DNA from: Buchnera aphidicola str. APS (Acyrthosiphon pisum)
Lineage (GTDB): Bacteria; Pseudomonadota; Gammaproteobacteria; Enterobacterales; Enterobacteriaceae
NCBI RefSeq assembly: GCF_000009605.1
Contig: NC_002528.1
Location: 390,001-422,000 of the forward strand
DNA: 32,000 nt
Direction: 5' to 3'
Shown here piece by piece: positions 30,797-32,000 of this stretch. The first letter of the stretch is position 1, and each line of letters starts with the position of its first letter. The position numbers and the translations under genes are program-made. The notes under the pieces were generated by a model. That model had not been told where the DNA came from, searched no databases, and saw only the letters and a list, made by a program, of their open reading frames with translations.

Positions 30797-32000
30797 TTAA
30801 AGTAATTTAATAGTTTTTCCAATATATTGAGCTAATTCATAAACTTTTAAATAATCTTCACCTTCTACCATAATTCTAATACATGGTTCTGTACCAGATC
30901 GTCGTACTAAAACACGACTATTTTGACCTAAAATATTTTTATATTGAGTGAGAATATTTTGTATTTTTATATCTTTTTCAAAATCTTTATCTTGTTTTAA
31001 AAAAATATTAAGAAAAACTTGAGGAAAAAGTTTTATTTGATTTGATAAATCATATAAAGTCATATGATTATTAATCATAGTTAACAAAACTTGTAAACTA
31101 GCTATAATTCCATCACCAGTAGAATGCTTATCTAACAAAACAATATGTCCTGATTTTTCTGCTCCTAGTATCCACTTTTTTTCTTTAATTTTTTCGTATA
31201 CATTTCGATCCCCTATTTGTGCGGGACAAAAAGGAATTCCAAGTTTTTTTAAACCTAGAATTACACCCATATTAGTCATTGAAGTACCTACAACACCACC
31301 TTTTAATTTATTTTCTTTTAAATATTCTTTTGCAATAATATAAATTATTTGATCTCCATCTACTTGATTTCCTAAATGATCTACCATAATGACACGATCT
31401 CCATCTCCATCAAATGCTAAACCAAGATCAGCTGATTCTGATAAAACTATTTTTTTTAACATCAAGATATTAGTAGATCCTGAATTTTGATTTATATTAA
31501 CTCCATTAGGATTAATAGCAACAGTGATTACCCTTGCTCCTAAATCTTCAAAAATTTTAGGTGCTATCTTAAAAGTTGCACCATTAGCGCAATCTAAAAT
31601 AATAGTAAATTTTGATAAATTTAAATCTTTTGGAAAATTTTTTTTGCAAAAGTCAATATACAGACTTTCAGGATCTAAAATATTATTAGAATGACCAAAA
31701 TTTACATAATCAGGATATAAAAAAGTATGTTGTACTTTTTGCTCAATAGAAAACTCTATTTCTTTAGTTAATTTAACCCCATTTTTATAGAAGATTTTTA
31801 TTCCATTGTCATAAAAAGGATTGTGGGAACCCGAAATAACAATTCCAGCAGAAGCATTTAAAGATTTAGTAAAATAAGAGATGGCTGATGTGGGCATACA
31901 ACCAGCTAGTAAAGTAGATACTCCTGTAGACAAAATACCAAATTCTAAAATAGACTGTAACATGGTTCCAGAAATACGAGTATCTCTTCCAATAATAATT
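30797..32000 (-). CDS. glmM: Phosphoglucosamine mutase GlmM (MrsA); N-terminal part lies beyond the window edge
   Basis: The frame stays open upstream of the track's internal Met to the window end (IIIGRDTRISGTMLQSILEFG resembles E. coli [21 protein letters not shown]). The active-site block is SGSHNPFYDNGIK, with LGLAFDGDGDRVIMVD, GAEKSGH and RRSGTEPCIRIMVEG. It lies upstream of secG, as in E. coli. Confidence 0.93.
   Translation of the reverse strand, partial: IIIGRDTRISGTMLQSILEFGILSTGVSTLLAGCMPTSAISYFTKSLNASAGIVISGSHNPFYDNGIKIFYKNGVKLTKEIEFSIEQKVQHTFLYPDYVNFGHSNNILDPESLYIDFCKKNFPKDLNLSKFTIILDCANGATFKIAPKIFEDLGARVITVAINPNGVNINQNSGSTNILMLKKIVLSESADLGLAFDGDGDRVIMVDHLGNQVDGDQIIYIIAKEYLKENKLKGGVVGTSMTNMGVILGLKKLGIPFCPAQIGDRNVYEKIKEKKWILGAEKSGHIVLLDKHSTGDGIIASLQVLLTMINNHMTLYDLSNQIKLFPQVFLNIFLKQDKDFEKDIKIQNILTQYKNILGQNSRVLVRRSGTEPCIRIMVEGEDYLKVYELAQYIGKTIKLL

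Noticed and set aside
1-32000. Search for mobile elements, CRISPR arrays, defence or toxin-antitoxin loci, prophage remnants, or an unannotated multi-gene system
   Set aside because: Every sizeable ORF has a clear housekeeping ortholog in conserved enterobacterial order. Spacers are short (at most 380 bp) and I saw no direct-repeat arrays, terminal inverted repeats, or integrase or transposase-like frames. Nothing here supports a novel system.

Overview
This is a very AT-rich (judged by eye, not computed), tightly packed housekeeping segment. Gene content, gene order and protein sequences match a reduced gammaproteobacterial insect endosymbiont of the Buchnera aphidicola type. That taxonomic call is an inference from synteny and similarity to E. 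coli proteins recalled from memory; no search was run. I support 24 protein-coding genes, one of them frameshifted, and one tRNA. In order: hinT(partial)-lpoB on the + strand; ompF-like porin, asnS and pncB on the - strand; pyrD(frameshifted)-rlmL-uup on +; trhO, valS and pepA on -; argI-pyrB-pyrI-ridA on +; then deaD, pnp-rpsO-truB-rbfA-infB-nusA, tRNA-Leu(GAG)-secG and glmM(partial), all on -. I also call three GC-rich intergenic hairpins (two canonical intrinsic terminators and one atypical) and one long imperfect inverted repeat. I found no mobile elements, CRISPR arrays, defence, toxin or secretion islands, or unexplained multi-gene cassettes. Every ORF over about 100 aa has a clear enterobacterial housekeeping ortholog, so I do not see a novel biological system here. 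The most notable observation is a single-base frameshift in pyrD at an A8 homopolymer, which one extra A would repair exactly. It could be a slippage-rescued gene, a very young pseudogene, or a sequencing error. Lesser observations: a long stem-loop in the lpoB/ompF convergent spacer, a Phe-rich 29-codon upstream ORF where enterobacteria carry pyrL, an atypical GC hairpin at the ridA/deaD junction, a 3-bp convergent gene junction, and several synteny-inferred gene losses (ycfL, holC, nlpI, rimP/metY). The short ORFs antisense to large genes in the six-frame track are rejected as shadow ORFs.
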